DNA from: an uncultured delta proteobacterium
Lineage (GTDB): Bacteria; Desulfobacterota; Zymogenia; Zymogenales; Zymogenaceae
Direction of reading: 5' to 3'
Length of the DNA: 64,000 nt
Assembly (NCBI GenBank): GCA_963735595.1
Contig: CAVTLK010000004.1
Location: 288,001-352,000 of the forward strand
Below the pieces are notes generated by a model. The model made no database searches, was not told the DNA's origin, and worked only from the letters and a program-made list of their open reading frames with translations. Shown in pieces: positions 9,963 to 19,752 of the stretch (positions are counted from its first letter, which is position 1; every line of letters starts with the position of its first letter). The translations under genes and the position numbers were made by a program.

Positions 9963-10736
9963 GTTACCCACCGGTGAGAATTTCCATTCCGCATGTATAA
10001 TACAGTACTTCTTATCTAAATTTTTTATCTGAAGTTTCCTTTCTGTCCCACCATCAAAGTAAAGAGAGAATTTAAGTTTCCCCTTTTCATAGACATAGCA
10101 ATATCCGGGTTTCGGGAATTGGGAGCTACTATGCATCATTTCGAGTTCCCCTTGCATTGCTTCGAGGAGCAAGTCTTTTGGAATTTCCACTAGTTCATAG
10201 CTCCAGTAAATCGGGGGTTTGTCGAGTAGTCGCAAAACCAGTATTCGGTCATATCCCTTCATATGCTTAAAAAACTGGTTTCTTAGACCTACTAGTTCTT
10301 CTTCCTTATTAGTCCATACACCTTTCCCTAGCTCATGGAACTTAGAGATATGAATATGACTAGCTTTTGTACTTTTCTCGGCCTGGGTCTTTAACGAAAA
10401 ACGTTGCGTACTGATTTCAATATCATGGCCAGGGTTTCCGGTTTCGGCTTTTTTTGCCGGGATATGATTTTCATTAAGGACCGCTACTAGGGCGAATTCA
10501 AATTTATCTTTAGTAAATGGTTCAATTGAGGAACTATGATGACTTCTCAGGGCGTCAGCAAAGGCATTTAGGATATCTTCATTTACGACTAAATCTGATT
10601 TTTCATTCCGAAAAAAGCTGTGATCGCTTGTGAATTGGTCGACCAGTTGATTTATCTTTTTAAGTTGATTTATTGTAAGTTTCAGGAGTTTTTCGCCAAT
10701 GATCCGTATTAAATTATCCTTCTCATTTAGAGCCAT
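9954..10736 (-). CDS. Type II restriction endonuclease, SmaI family (predicted CCCGGG)
   Basis: NPGHDI, LKTQ, HISKFHELGKG, YELVEIPKDLLLEA, PKPGY, FSLYFDGGTERKLQIK match my recollection of R.SmaI; convergent with and overlapping the MTase. Confidence 0.85.
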   Translation of the reverse strand: MALNEKDNLIRIIGEKLLKLTINQLKKINQLVDQFTSDHSFFRNEKSDLVVNEDILNAFADALRSHHSSSIEPFTKDKFEFALVAVLNENHIPAKKAETGNPGHDIEISTQRFSLKTQAEKSTKASHIHISKFHELGKGVWTNKEEELVGLRNQFFKHMKGYDRILVLRLLDKPPIYWSYELVEIPKDLLLEAMQGELEMMHSSSQFPKPGYCYVYEKGKLKFSLYFDGGTERKLQIKNLDKKYCIIHAEWKFSPVGNSE

Positions 10737-11004
10737 ATATTAACCTCTATGGTAATTAGCTTTCTTTTCGGATTTCTTTATAACATCCTTTTCGAATAGA
10801 CTCAAGGCCGAAGAAGATAATTACAGTCCTATTTAAATGATAGTCTATTACAATCATTTTCTTGTCGTTATACCTCTATTGTTTGTTGGATTGGCCCCCT
10901 CCTCTCTCACCTCGATTCTCTCCCCATAGGGGCCCGACGAGGCCTGTTTTGTGAGGTGTCAGTCGGGCGGCATTAATACCGTCCCTACATTTCGTACACG
11001 GTGA

Positions 11005-11150
11005 CAGTCAGAAGGTTGCTTCGGCCCCTAAAGGGGCCTCGCAATGACAATAGTAATCGTCGCCGGAGGCGACATCATTATGCTTTGCCACGTCGGCTAC
11101 GCCTCCTCGCAATGACAGCCGAAGTGTAGGACGGCGGCTCGCAATGACTG
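11005..11150. repeat. REP-like cluster
   Basis: Three CTCGCAATGAC units, GGCCCCTAAAGGGGCC hairpin. Confidence 0.78.
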
Positions 11151-11176
11151 CCAGATCGAGGGAAGGAGTAAAAAGC

Positions 11177-11211
11177 AAAGGGGGCGCTCCCAAGCGGGAA
11201 GGCCCCCTTTT
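11177..11211. terminator. Possible bidirectional terminator downstream of the Cache genes
   Basis: AAAGGGGGC..TCCC-AAGC-GGGA..GCCCCCTTTT. Confidence 0.55.
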
Positions 11212-11246
11212 CCGTAACCGTGCCGGATACCCGGCGTTACCCGGTA

Positions 11247-11777
11247 CTATTTCAGGTTCTTGTTGAGGTCGTCGGCCGTGATCCCCGCGGGGCTGTAGAT
11301 GCCCGCGCCGACGGTATACTTGGCGCCCGGCGCCCGGTAGATGTAGGAAAGCTTCGGCTTCACCACTTTGGTCTCCGGATTTATCCAGTCGAACTGGATC
11401 CACCAGCCGTTCGGCTTGCTTGCATCAGCCGCGATCTCGCAGAGGTGGAGGCCGACGGGCTTCCCCTCGGTGTCAACGGTCTTGATATCCTCGATCTTTT
11501 TTCCTACCATGCCCGGCGTGATGTTGCCGACGCATTCGCCCACCGCGCAGTCATAGACGAACACGTAGGTATCCTTCCAGACCCAGCGGGTGTTGTTCGG
11601 GTCGCTGAATTCGGCAACCGCCGCGTCTCCCTTTTCGAGCAGGTAGGCGGAGGCTTCCTTGCACTTGGCCACGATCTCGTCGGGCGTGACGGTTTCCGCG
11701 GCAAACGCGGGGACCGCGATTAGAGCAGTCAGCGCCACCAGAGACGCCAGTAAAACGAACAGTGAAACTTTTTTCAT
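11247..11777 (-). CDS. Secreted stand-alone Cache-domain protein
   Basis: Signal peptide; KDTYVFVYD, GWWIQFDWINP, KLSYI, VGAGIY. Confidence 0.8.
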   Translation of the reverse strand: MKKVSLFVLLASLVALTALIAVPAFAAETVTPDEIVAKCKEASAYLLEKGDAAVAEFSDPNNTRWVWKDTYVFVYDCAVGECVGNITPGMVGKKIEDIKTVDTEGKPVGLHLCEIAADASKPNGWWIQFDWINPETKVVKPKLSYIYRAPGAKYTVGAGIYSPAGITADDLNKNLK

Positions 11778-11886
11778 GTCTGTCTCCACATGATAATGAG
11801 GTTAAAAGAGACATCCGCCGGTTGCGGATGTATATAGATGTATCTACGTCGGCCTGCGCCGTCCCGGTTACGAAACGCGGCCGCCT

Positions 11887-12411
11887 TTATTTGGCAAGCA
11901 TCTTGTTGAGCTCGTCGATGGTCAGCGTCGGCTCATAGATACCGGCGCCCACTTCCATCGACTGGCCGGGCACCTTGAGGATATAGGATATCTTGCGGCG
12001 GTATTCGGCGGCGCCGGACGCATCGACGGCGTCGGTCGGCCTCCAGTACTCTACCCAGCCGCCCGAGGGTTTTTGGGACTCCCCGCAGAGGGCGACGTTG
12101 AACTTGAAACCGTTCTTATCGGCCCGCGTGGTCAGGTCCGTGCCGACCAGCTCCTTGCTGGGGTGGCCGATGATGGTGCCCTTGCTGCAGTCAAACACGA
12201 AGACGTAGGTATCCTTCCACGACCAGGGGCCTTTCGGGTCGTTAAACTGGGGCAGCCCCGCCTCACCCTTCTCGGAAAGGAAGGCCGCCGCCTCTTTTAC
12301 CTTGGCGACCACCTCGGCGGGGGTAACGGCCTCCCCGGCCGCCGCCGGGAGCACCCAGGCCGCCGTGCATAGAAATGTAACCGCTATCAGTATCCCGAAC
12401 GTTCGCTTCAT
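11887..12411 (-). CDS. Secreted stand-alone Cache-domain protein (tandem paralog)
   Basis: Signal peptide; FNDPKGPWSWKDTYVFVFD, GHP, GGWVEYW, KISYI, VGAGIY. Confidence 0.85.
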   Translation of the reverse strand: MKRTFGILIAVTFLCTAAWVLPAAAGEAVTPAEVVAKVKEAAAFLSEKGEAGLPQFNDPKGPWSWKDTYVFVFDCSKGTIIGHPSKELVGTDLTTRADKNGFKFNVALCGESQKPSGGWVEYWRPTDAVDASGAAEYRRKISYILKVPGQSMEVGAGIYEPTLTIDELNKMLAK

Positions 12412-12591
12412 AGATTTTCTCCTGATATATTCGATAACTTTTCTTATTATCATCATACGCCGCCGATGTCAAGGGGAAGGCGATGGAGCGGGCGGCCGGA
12501 GCAGCCGATGAATTTCACCGAAGAAAAGTTATTGGTGTAAAACGCATTGTTTCCTGCTATAATAACTTAATTTACAACACGCGGGATTACC

Positions 12592-13515
12592 ATGGAAGTC
12601 GTTGCCCTCCTGCTATTGGCCGTCGCCCCCGGTTTTTTTATCCTGTGGTACGTCTACCACAAGGATAAATACGAGCGCGAACCCAAAGGGCTCATCGTGG
12701 CCACCTTTTTCCTCGGCGTGGCGGTCGCCGTTCCGGCCGGCATCATCGAATACCTGTTCGAATGGGGGACGGGCATCCCCATGACCGGCAACCTGCTCGG
12801 GGCCTTTATCGGCTCGTTCTTCGTCGTCGCGCCGGTCGAGGAGGTCGCCAAGTACTTCGCGGTCCGCGTCAAGGCCTACCGGGCGGACTCGTTCAACGAG
12901 GTTATGGACGGCATCGTCTATTCCGTAGCGGCGGCCCTCGGCTTTGCGACAATTGAAAATGTCTTTTACGTATTTCAATTCGGGGCGGCCACCGGGCTCT
13001 TCCGCGCGTTCCTCTCCGTGCCGCTGCACGCGATGTGCGGGGCGATCATCGGGTATTACCTGGGCATGAAAAAGGTGTATAAGGAAGATAAAAAATACTT
13101 CGTCGGCGCCGGCCTGTTGATCGCGATCCTGTTTCACGGCGCGTACGACTTCGTCCTCTTTTCCGAGACGTTCCTGGGCGTCCTGATCGTCCCGATCATG
13201 ATCTGGCTCTTTATCGTGTACAAAAAGCGGCTCTTTGTCGCCCTCAAAGATTCCCCCTTCAGGGGCGGGAGAGACGACGCGCTGTTTGCCGCCGTCAGCC
13301 GGCACCACACCCCCGCCGGGATCATCAAGCTGGTCGCCGCGGTCGTTTCCCTTACCTTCAGCGCGGTGATGGTGGCCGGGTGGGTGGCCACGGTCAACCA
13401 GGGGCAATCGTTTACGGCCCAGCAGTACGGCTATTTGATCGTACTGATCCTGGCGCCGCTTGGCGCGGGGATCGCGTTTCTCCTTTTTTCCCGAAAAGAC
13501 GTGGTGGCGCGATGA
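12592..13515 (+). CDS. prsW: PrsW-family glutamic intramembrane protease
   Basis: DKYEREP, VEEVAK, DGIVY..ALGFATIEN.FY, PLHA, HGAYD. Confidence 0.88.
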   Translation: MEVVALLLLAVAPGFFILWYVYHKDKYEREPKGLIVATFFLGVAVAVPAGIIEYLFEWGTGIPMTGNLLGAFIGSFFVVAPVEEVAKYFAVRVKAYRADSFNEVMDGIVYSVAAALGFATIENVFYVFQFGAATGLFRAFLSVPLHAMCGAIIGYYLGMKKVYKEDKKYFVGAGLLIAILFHGAYDFVLFSETFLGVLIVPIMIWLFIVYKKRLFVALKDSPFRGGRDDALFAAVSRHHTPAGIIKLVAAVVSLTFSAVMVAGWVATVNQGQSFTAQQYGYLIVLILAPLGAGIAFLLFSRKDVVAR

Positions 13516-14040
13516 CGCGGCGTTGGGCAATTTCTCTCGGTTTTCTCTGTATCCTTGCGGCCGGCTGCGTCCACGGCCGGGTTTCGGACGGCGCGTTTGT
13601 CTCCGACGACTACGGCTTTTCCGTCAGTCTGCCGGGCCCGCCCTACGAGCGGATCGCCCCGAAAGACGCCCTCGTGGCGCTTACCGACCCCGATACGGGA
13701 GTGTCGTTCGCGGTTGCGGTAAGCCCCGATCCCTACCCGGACCTGGCCGAGCAGGATAAGGTCCTTGACTACCTGGCGCGGGACCTCCTGTTCTTTCTCA
13801 CGAAAAAGGAGTACCGGGCCTTTGAGGACGCGACGCTCGGCGGGGCGCCCGCAAAATTTATTACCGTCACCGGGCTTACGGATGATACCGAGCTGATCGT
13901 CTCGGCCTACGTGGCCCGTTACGAGGGGGCGGTCTACGACATTCTTACTGTGGTGCCCGCCAGCCTATTTCGAAACGGGGCGGCCGGTGTTCCAGGAAAT
14001 GGTCGAGACGTTCAGGTTCCAGCGGGAGACGGGCCAATGA
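13512..14040 (+). CDS. Hypothetical lipoprotein (frameshift at ~13947)
   Basis: Lipobox LAAGC; probable true C-terminus ..FQEMVETFRF..* in another frame, ending in an ATGA overlap with mlaE. Confidence 0.65.
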
Positions 14041-14822
14041 AAGAATTCCTGGAGCTGTTGGGGCGCCGATTCATAAAGGCCGTGATCTATTTTGACGGCT
14101 CCACCCGGATGCTGGTGCGCGCGGCGGCGGTCCTCATTACGCCGCCGTTTAACGTCTCGAGCGTCGTCGAGCAGATCGAATACATCGGCATAAAGTCGAC
14201 CCTGATTGCGACCTTCACCGCGCTCTTCACGGGGCTGGTGATGGCGCTCCAGCTTGCCTTTTCGCTGCAGCGGTTCGGCGCCCAGTCGTTTGCGGCAAAC
14301 GTGCTGGCGGTCTCGCTGGTGCGCGAGCTGGGGCCGGTGCTGACGGGGCTGCTGGTCGGCGGCAGGGTCGGGGCCGGCATCACCGCCGAGGTGGGCTCCA
14401 TGAACGTCACCGAGCAGATCGACGCCGTCAGGGCGCTCGGCGCCGACCCCATCCGGGAGCTGGTGCTCCCGAAGATCCTGGCGTGCGCCATCGTGCTGCC
14501 GGTCCTGACGGTCTATTCCATCGTGGTGGGGATCCTCGCGGGGATGCTCATCACCATGACCGAACTCGGCGTAAACGCGACCTTCTACATGAACCAGGTC
14601 TACGCGGTCCTCGAGGTCAGCGACTTTGCCGGGGGCGTGGGCAAGTCGGTCTTCTTCGGCGTCATTATCGGGCTGGTTGGGTGCTACCGCGGGTTCACCA
14701 CTGTCGGGGGCACCGTGGGCGTGGGACGCGCCACGACGGAGTCGGTGGTTACGATATCGCTCTCGATCCTCGTGGCCGATTTCTTCTTAACCAAACTCTT
14801 TATCCTGCTGTTTCAGGCGTAA
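14037..14822 (+). CDS. mlaE: MlaE-family ABC permease
   Basis: RELGPVLT, GRVGAGITAEVGSMNVTEQIDA, VGRATT. Confidence 0.93.
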   Translation: MKEFLELLGRRFIKAVIYFDGSTRMLVRAAAVLITPPFNVSSVVEQIEYIGIKSTLIATFTALFTGLVMALQLAFSLQRFGAQSFAANVLAVSLVRELGPVLTGLLVGGRVGAGITAEVGSMNVTEQIDAVRALGADPIRELVLPKILACAIVLPVLTVYSIVVGILAGMLITMTELGVNATFYMNQVYAVLEVSDFAGGVGKSVFFGVIIGLVGCYRGFTTVGGTVGVGRATTESVVTISLSILVADFFLTKLFILLFQA

Positions 14823-14828
14823 TATACT

Positions 14829-15569
14829 ATGTCGTTCATCGAATTTACCGGGATCAGGAAGTCGTTCGACGAGAAGGTGGTATATACCGGGCTTGACCTT
14901 TCAATCGAAAAGGGAGAGACGATCACCATTATCGGCGGCAGCGGCTCGGGCAAGAGCGTTCTTCTCAAACTAATGGTCGGCCTGATGAAGCCGGACAAGG
15001 GATCGATCACGATAGGCGGGATCGACATCGTCCCCCTTTCCGAGCACGACCTCGTCTCGGTCCGCAAGCGTATCGGCATGCTGTTCCAGGGGGGCGCGCT
15101 GTTTGACTCAATCTCGGTCGGCGAAAACGTCGGATACGGGCTGGTAATGCACAAGGGGATGAGCGAGAAGGCGATCGGCAAGAAAGTGGCGCAGTGCCTC
15201 GATATGGTGGGGCTGCCGGGAATCGAGCAGATGATGCCCCCTGACCTCTCCGGCGGGATGAAAAAACGGGTGGCGCTGGCCAGGGCGATCGCCTACGACC
15301 CGGAGGTCATCCTCTATGACGAGCCGACGACGGGCCTGGACCCGACCAATTCAAACCGCATCAATCACCTCATCAACGAGATGAGGGAGATCCTCAAGGT
15401 CACCTCGGTCGTCGTGACCCACGATATGAGATCGGCATTTGCCGTATCGGACCGGCTCGCCATGCTCTTCAAGGGCAAGATCGAGGCGGTGGGGACGCCG
15501 AAAGAAATCGAGCGGTCCAAAAACCCGGTCGTGAGGGGGTTTATCGAGGGCAATATCGGGGAACTGTAA
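14829..15569 (+). CDS. mlaF: MlaF-family ABC ATPase
   Basis: GGSGSGKS, FQGGALFDS, LSGGMKKRVALAR, YDEPTTGLDP. Confidence 0.93.
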   Translation: MSFIEFTGIRKSFDEKVVYTGLDLSIEKGETITIIGGSGSGKSVLLKLMVGLMKPDKGSITIGGIDIVPLSEHDLVSVRKRIGMLFQGGALFDSISVGENVGYGLVMHKGMSEKAIGKKVAQCLDMVGLPGIEQMMPPDLSGGMKKRVALARAIAYDPEVILYDEPTTGLDPTNSNRINHLINEMREILKVTSVVVTHDMRSAFAVSDRLAMLFKGKIEAVGTPKEIERSKNPVVRGFIEGNIGEL

Positions 15570-15727
15570 GGGGCGGGGAGGTAACGGGCGGAGCTGTAAC
15601 GATCGAAGGACGCGCCGGCGGCACGACCGGCGCGGCATGTACGAGAGGCGCACGGCCCGGCCTCGGACGAAAAACGCGCCGGGCGGCGGCTTCTCCATAC
15701 ACGAGTGAGTAACAGTAGAGGCAGATT

Positions 15728-16594
15728 ATGGCCAAGAAGACGTCGCAGGAAATCAGGGTCGGGCTTTTTATTTTCATCGGGCTTATCCTCGCCTTTGTCG
15801 CCGTGTTCGCCATCGGGAGCAAGAGCCAGCTCTTCAGGGAGCAGTATACCCTCTATACCAATTTCAAGGACGTCGGCGGGTTGATCGCCGGCTCTCCCGT
15901 GAGGCTGGCCGGCGTTGAGGTGGGCACGGTATCCCGGATATGGTTTCTGACCGAGCGGGACAAGAAGCTGGTGGGCGTGGAGATGAAAATCAATACGAGC
16001 GTCATGGAGCGGATCCATACCGACAGTACCGCGAGCATCCGTACGATGGGCGTGCTGGGCGATAAGTATATCGCGGTAACCATCGGGAGCCCCGACAAAC
16101 CGGTGCTGGCCGACGGGGATTACCTCACCGCCGTCGAGACGGCCGAGCTCTTCTCGTACCTGGAAAAGGCCGATAAGATCGTCGATGATATCGAGGAGAT
16201 TACCGATTCCCTCAACGTATTCCTGACCCCCCTCAAGGAACGGGAGTCGGGCGAAGACGTGGCGCGGATTCTCAAAAACACCGATATGATCGTCACCGAG
16301 ATCAAGGAGGGGGACGGAACGTTGCATTCCCTCGTCTACGGGGACTCCGAAGGCGGGGAAAACACGATGGAAAGCCTCGATAACTCGGCGGAGCGGCTCG
16401 GCAGCATCCTGAAAAAGATCGACAGCGGGGAGGGAACCTTCGGCGCGCTGGTGAACGACCCGACGCTCTACGAAGACCTCAAGACGCTCATGGGCGGGGC
16501 GAAACGGAGCAAGGTTATCAAGGCCGTCGTTGATCTCAGCATAAAGAAGGGGAGGAAAACGCCGCCAGACATGAAAGAAGAGAAAGAGGAGTAG
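15728..16594 (+). CDS. mlaD: MlaD/MCE-family protein
   Basis: N-terminal TM, GL..GSPVRLAGVEVGTV, GVLGDKYI. Confidence 0.92.
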   Translation: MAKKTSQEIRVGLFIFIGLILAFVAVFAIGSKSQLFREQYTLYTNFKDVGGLIAGSPVRLAGVEVGTVSRIWFLTERDKKLVGVEMKINTSVMERIHTDSTASIRTMGVLGDKYIAVTIGSPDKPVLADGDYLTAVETAELFSYLEKADKIVDDIEEITDSLNVFLTPLKERESGEDVARILKNTDMIVTEIKEGDGTLHSLVYGDSEGGENTMESLDNSAERLGSILKKIDSGEGTFGALVNDPTLYEDLKTLMGGAKRSKVIKAVVDLSIKKGRKTPPDMKEEKEE

Positions 16595-16601
16595 CGGCAC
16601 C

Positions 16602-17108
16602 ATGACAGAGGCGATTCTAACGGGAAAGGCGTTTATTTTCGGGGACGATATCTCCACCGACCACATAGCCCCGGGGAGATATTTCCACCTGCGGTCAAAC
16701 CTCCCGGAGCTTGCCAGGCACGTCCTGGAAGACGCGCGGACCGATTTCGCGGGGAAGCTCTCCCCGGGCGATTTCGTGGTCGCGGGCAAAAACTTCGGCC
16801 TGGGCTCCTCGCGCGAGCACGCCCCGCGCATCATCAGGATGGCAGGGGTCGGCGCGGTCCTGGCGCAGTCGTTTGCGCGGATATTCTTCAGAAACGCGAT
16901 CAACGTGGGGCTCCCGGCGATCATCGTGGATACAACCCGTATCAAGGAGGGCGACCTGCTCGAGGTGGACCTCGCGCAGGGCGTCGTCAGGAACGTGACG
17001 CAGGCAATCGAGCTTACCTTCCCGGCCCTGCCGAACGTCATGCAGAAGATTCTCGAAGACGGGGGGCTGGTCGATCACATCAAGCGGCACGGCAGGATCG
17101 CGGTATAG
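16602..17108 (+). CDS. leuD: LeuD/HacB-type dehydratase small subunit
   Basis: GDDISTDHIAPGRY, NFGLGSSREHAP, SFARIFFRNAINVGLP. Confidence 0.88.
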   Translation: MTEAILTGKAFIFGDDISTDHIAPGRYFHLRSNLPELARHVLEDARTDFAGKLSPGDFVVAGKNFGLGSSREHAPRIIRMAGVGAVLAQSFARIFFRNAINVGLPAIIVDTTRIKEGDLLEVDLAQGVVRNVTQAIELTFPALPNVMQKILEDGGLVDHIKRHGRIAV

Positions 17109-17195
17109 CCTATAGCGGCGCGGGCGTGATGTCGGCGTGCGGGACCCCTGCCGACCGTCGGCTATTCGTTTTATTCAGGAAGGATACGATTACTC

Positions 17196-18440
17196 ATGGC
17201 GCATGACACCTATCTTACCCCCCCCGACGGCTCCACCATAACCGTCAACCCCGACAGGGGGCTCTCCGTCCCCGACGACCCCATCATCCCCTTTATCCGG
17301 GGCGACGGCACCGGCCCCGATATCTGGCACGCCACAGAGATGGTGGTGGCAGAGGCCGTGAAGCGGGCCTACGGCGGCAGGCGCGAGATCCGCTGGTTTG
17401 AGGTCGCCGCGGGAGAGGCCGCCTACAAGAAGACCGGCTCCTGGCTGCCGGACGAGACCGTTGAGGCCATCAGGAAATACGTGGTGGCAATCAAGGGGCC
17501 GCTGACCACACCGGTGGGCGGGGGCATGCGGAGCATCAACGTGGCGCTGAGGCAGCTCCTGGACCTCTATGCCTGCGTGAGGCCGGTTCGCTACATCCCG
17601 GGCGTCCCCTCACCCGTGAAACACCCCGAGCGGGTGGACATGGTGATCTTCCGCGAAAACATGGAGGACGTCTACGCGGGCATCGAGTGGAAACGGGACA
17701 GCGACGAGGCCAGGCGGATGATCGCTATCCTCAAGGACCAGTTCGGCGTCGCTATCGCCCCCGATTCGGGCATCGGCATAAAGCCGATGAGCGAGACCGG
17801 GACCAAAAGGCTGGTGCGCCGCGCGGTCAGGTACGCCGTGGACACCGGGCGGGACTCGGTGACGCTCGTGCACAAGGGTAACATCATGAAGTTCACGGAG
17901 GGGGCGTTCCGTGACTGGGGCTACGAGGTAGCCCGCAACGAGTTTTCGGACCTGACCGTTACCGAATCCGACCTTAACGGCCCGAACGCCAAGGGCACAA
18001 AGGGCCGGGTCGTCATCAAGGACCGTATCGCCGATGCGATGTTCCAGCAGGTGCTTCTCAGGCCCGAGGAATATTCGGTCATCGCCACTCCCAACCTCAA
18101 CGGCGACTACCTCTCGGACGCGCTTGCCGCGCAGATCGGCGGGCTGGGCATGGCGCCGGGGGCCAACATCGGGGACCACGCGGCGCTGTTCGAGGCGACC
18201 CACGGCACGGCGCCCAAGTACGCCGGCCAGGATAAGGTCAACCCCGGCTCGCTGATACTCTCGGCCTCGCTGATGCTGGAGCACATGGGGTGGAAAGAGG
18301 CGGCCGAGATGATCTATTACTCGCTGGAGGCGACGGTGGCAAAAAAGACCGTTACCTACGACCTGGCGCGCCAGATGGACGGGGCCGTGGAGGTCTCGTG
18401 CTCCGGCTTCGCGAAGTCGATGATCGAATCGATGGGGTGA
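17196..18440 (+). CDS. icd: Isocitrate dehydrogenase (NADP, E. coli type)
   Basis: [57 protein letters not shown]. Confidence 0.96.
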   Translation: MAHDTYLTPPDGSTITVNPDRGLSVPDDPIIPFIRGDGTGPDIWHATEMVVAEAVKRAYGGRREIRWFEVAAGEAAYKKTGSWLPDETVEAIRKYVVAIKGPLTTPVGGGMRSINVALRQLLDLYACVRPVRYIPGVPSPVKHPERVDMVIFRENMEDVYAGIEWKRDSDEARRMIAILKDQFGVAIAPDSGIGIKPMSETGTKRLVRRAVRYAVDTGRDSVTLVHKGNIMKFTEGAFRDWGYEVARNEFSDLTVTESDLNGPNAKGTKGRVVIKDRIADAMFQQVLLRPEEYSVIATPNLNGDYLSDALAAQIGGLGMAPGANIGDHAALFEATHGTAPKYAGQDKVNPGSLILSASLMLEHMGWKEAAEMIYYSLEATVAKKTVTYDLARQMDGAVEVSCSGFAKSMIESMG

Positions 18441-18471
18441 TACAAAATAGTGGGGCGGGGTGGAATATCCA

Positions 18472-18715
18472 CCGTCATTACGAGTAAGCGAAGCGACCGA
18501 AGCAATCCCCTTACTATACGGTGACAATTGGGTTGCCGCGCCCCTTCGGGGCTCGCAATGACAATAACAATCGTCGCCGGTGGCGATAGGGTTTAGCTTT
18601 GCCGCGTCGGCCTCACGGCCTCCTCTATAGTGACGGTAGGGTTGGGTGCCACTGACAAGCTTCGCTTGTCAGTGCGCCTTAAAGACGGGCCGCATGAATG
18701 CGGTCCCTACGGGTG
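18472..18715. repeat. REP-like cluster
   Basis: GTCATTACGAG..GAAGCAATC, CTCGCAATGACAATAACAATCGTCGCC, CACTGACAAGC-TTC-GCTTGTCAGTG, GCCGCATGAATGCGGTCCCTAC. Confidence 0.78.
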
Positions 18716-18810
18716 TTAAGGACGTTCCGCGTCTATCATACATAGACGTATTATAACGTGCCGTGCAGAGTATACTCTATAGCGTCGGCTTTGTTCGAGG
18801 ATTGACTGAC

Positions 18811-19752
18811 ATGCCACAACGCAAGAAGATCGCTATCATCGGGGCCGGAAACGTGGGCAGCTCCTGTGCGCTGTTTGCCGCCCAGAAAAATCTCGGGGAT
18901 ATCACGCTGATCGACATCGTCACCGGGATGCCCGAGGGCAAGGCCCTGGACATCATGGAGGCGACGCCCGTCGGTGGGTTTGACGCGCGCGTTTGCGGCA
19001 CGAACGACATGGGGGCGCTTTCCGGGGCGGACGTCGTGATCGTGACGGCGGGGCTGGCCCGCAAGCCCGGGATGAGCCGGGGGGACCTCGCGAAGGTCAA
19101 TACGGGGATCGTGAAGGGGGCCGCCGAGAAGATCCGATCTCTTTCGCCGGAGGCCTTCGTCATCGTCGTGACAAATCCGCTGGATACCATGACCTGGGTG
19201 ATAAAACAGGTCACCGGTTTTCCGCGCGGGCAAATCGTGGGGATGGCCGGCGCGCTCGACGCCGCGCGGTTTTCGGCCTTTATCGCAGACGCCCTGGGCG
19301 TCTCGGTCTCCGACGTGTCCGCGATGGTGCTGGGCGGCCACGGCGATACGATGGTGCCGCTGGTCCGGTGCGCGTCGGTCGCCGGCATCCCGGTCACCGA
19401 GCTTCTCTCCGCCGAAACAATCGAAGGGCTGGTGACGCGGACGCGGCACGCCGGGGGCGAGATCGTCAAGCTCCTCGGTACGGGCAGCGCCTATATCTCG
19501 CCGGCGGCGTCCGCCGTGATGATGGCCGAAAGCTACCTGTTTGACCGGGGGCGGGTGACCGGGGCGTCGGCATACCTCGAGGGCGAATACGGCTTTTCGG
19601 GTATCTGCCTGGGGGTCCCCGTGAAGATAACGGGAAAGGGTGTAGAGCAGATCATCGAGATCGGGCTTTCCGCCGACGAAACGCGGATGCTCGCCGAATC
19701 CGCCGCCGCGGTCGCCAAAGAGATAGACGAGATCAGGGGGGAGATCGGGTGA
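18811..19752 (+). CDS. mdh: Malate dehydrogenase (LDH-like)
   Basis: GAGNVG, GLARKPGMSR, VVTNPLD, LGGHGDTMVP. Confidence 0.93.
   Translation: MPQRKKIAIIGAGNVGSSCALFAAQKNLGDITLIDIVTGMPEGKALDIMEATPVGGFDARVCGTNDMGALSGADVVIVTAGLARKPGMSRGDLAKVNTGIVKGAAEKIRSLSPEAFVIVVTNPLDTMTWVIKQVTGFPRGQIVGMAGALDAARFSAFIADALGVSVSDVSAMVLGGHGDTMVPLVRCASVAGIPVTELLSAETIEGLVTRTRHAGGEIVKLLGTGSAYISPAASAVMMAESYLFDRGRVTGASAYLEGEYGFSGICLGVPVKITGKGVEQIIEIGLSADETRMLAESAAAVAKEIDEIRGEIG

Noticed and set aside
13380..14822. Lipoprotein-MlaE fusion
   Set aside because: Explained by one indel; a separate stop/start ATGA overlap exists at 14037-14040.
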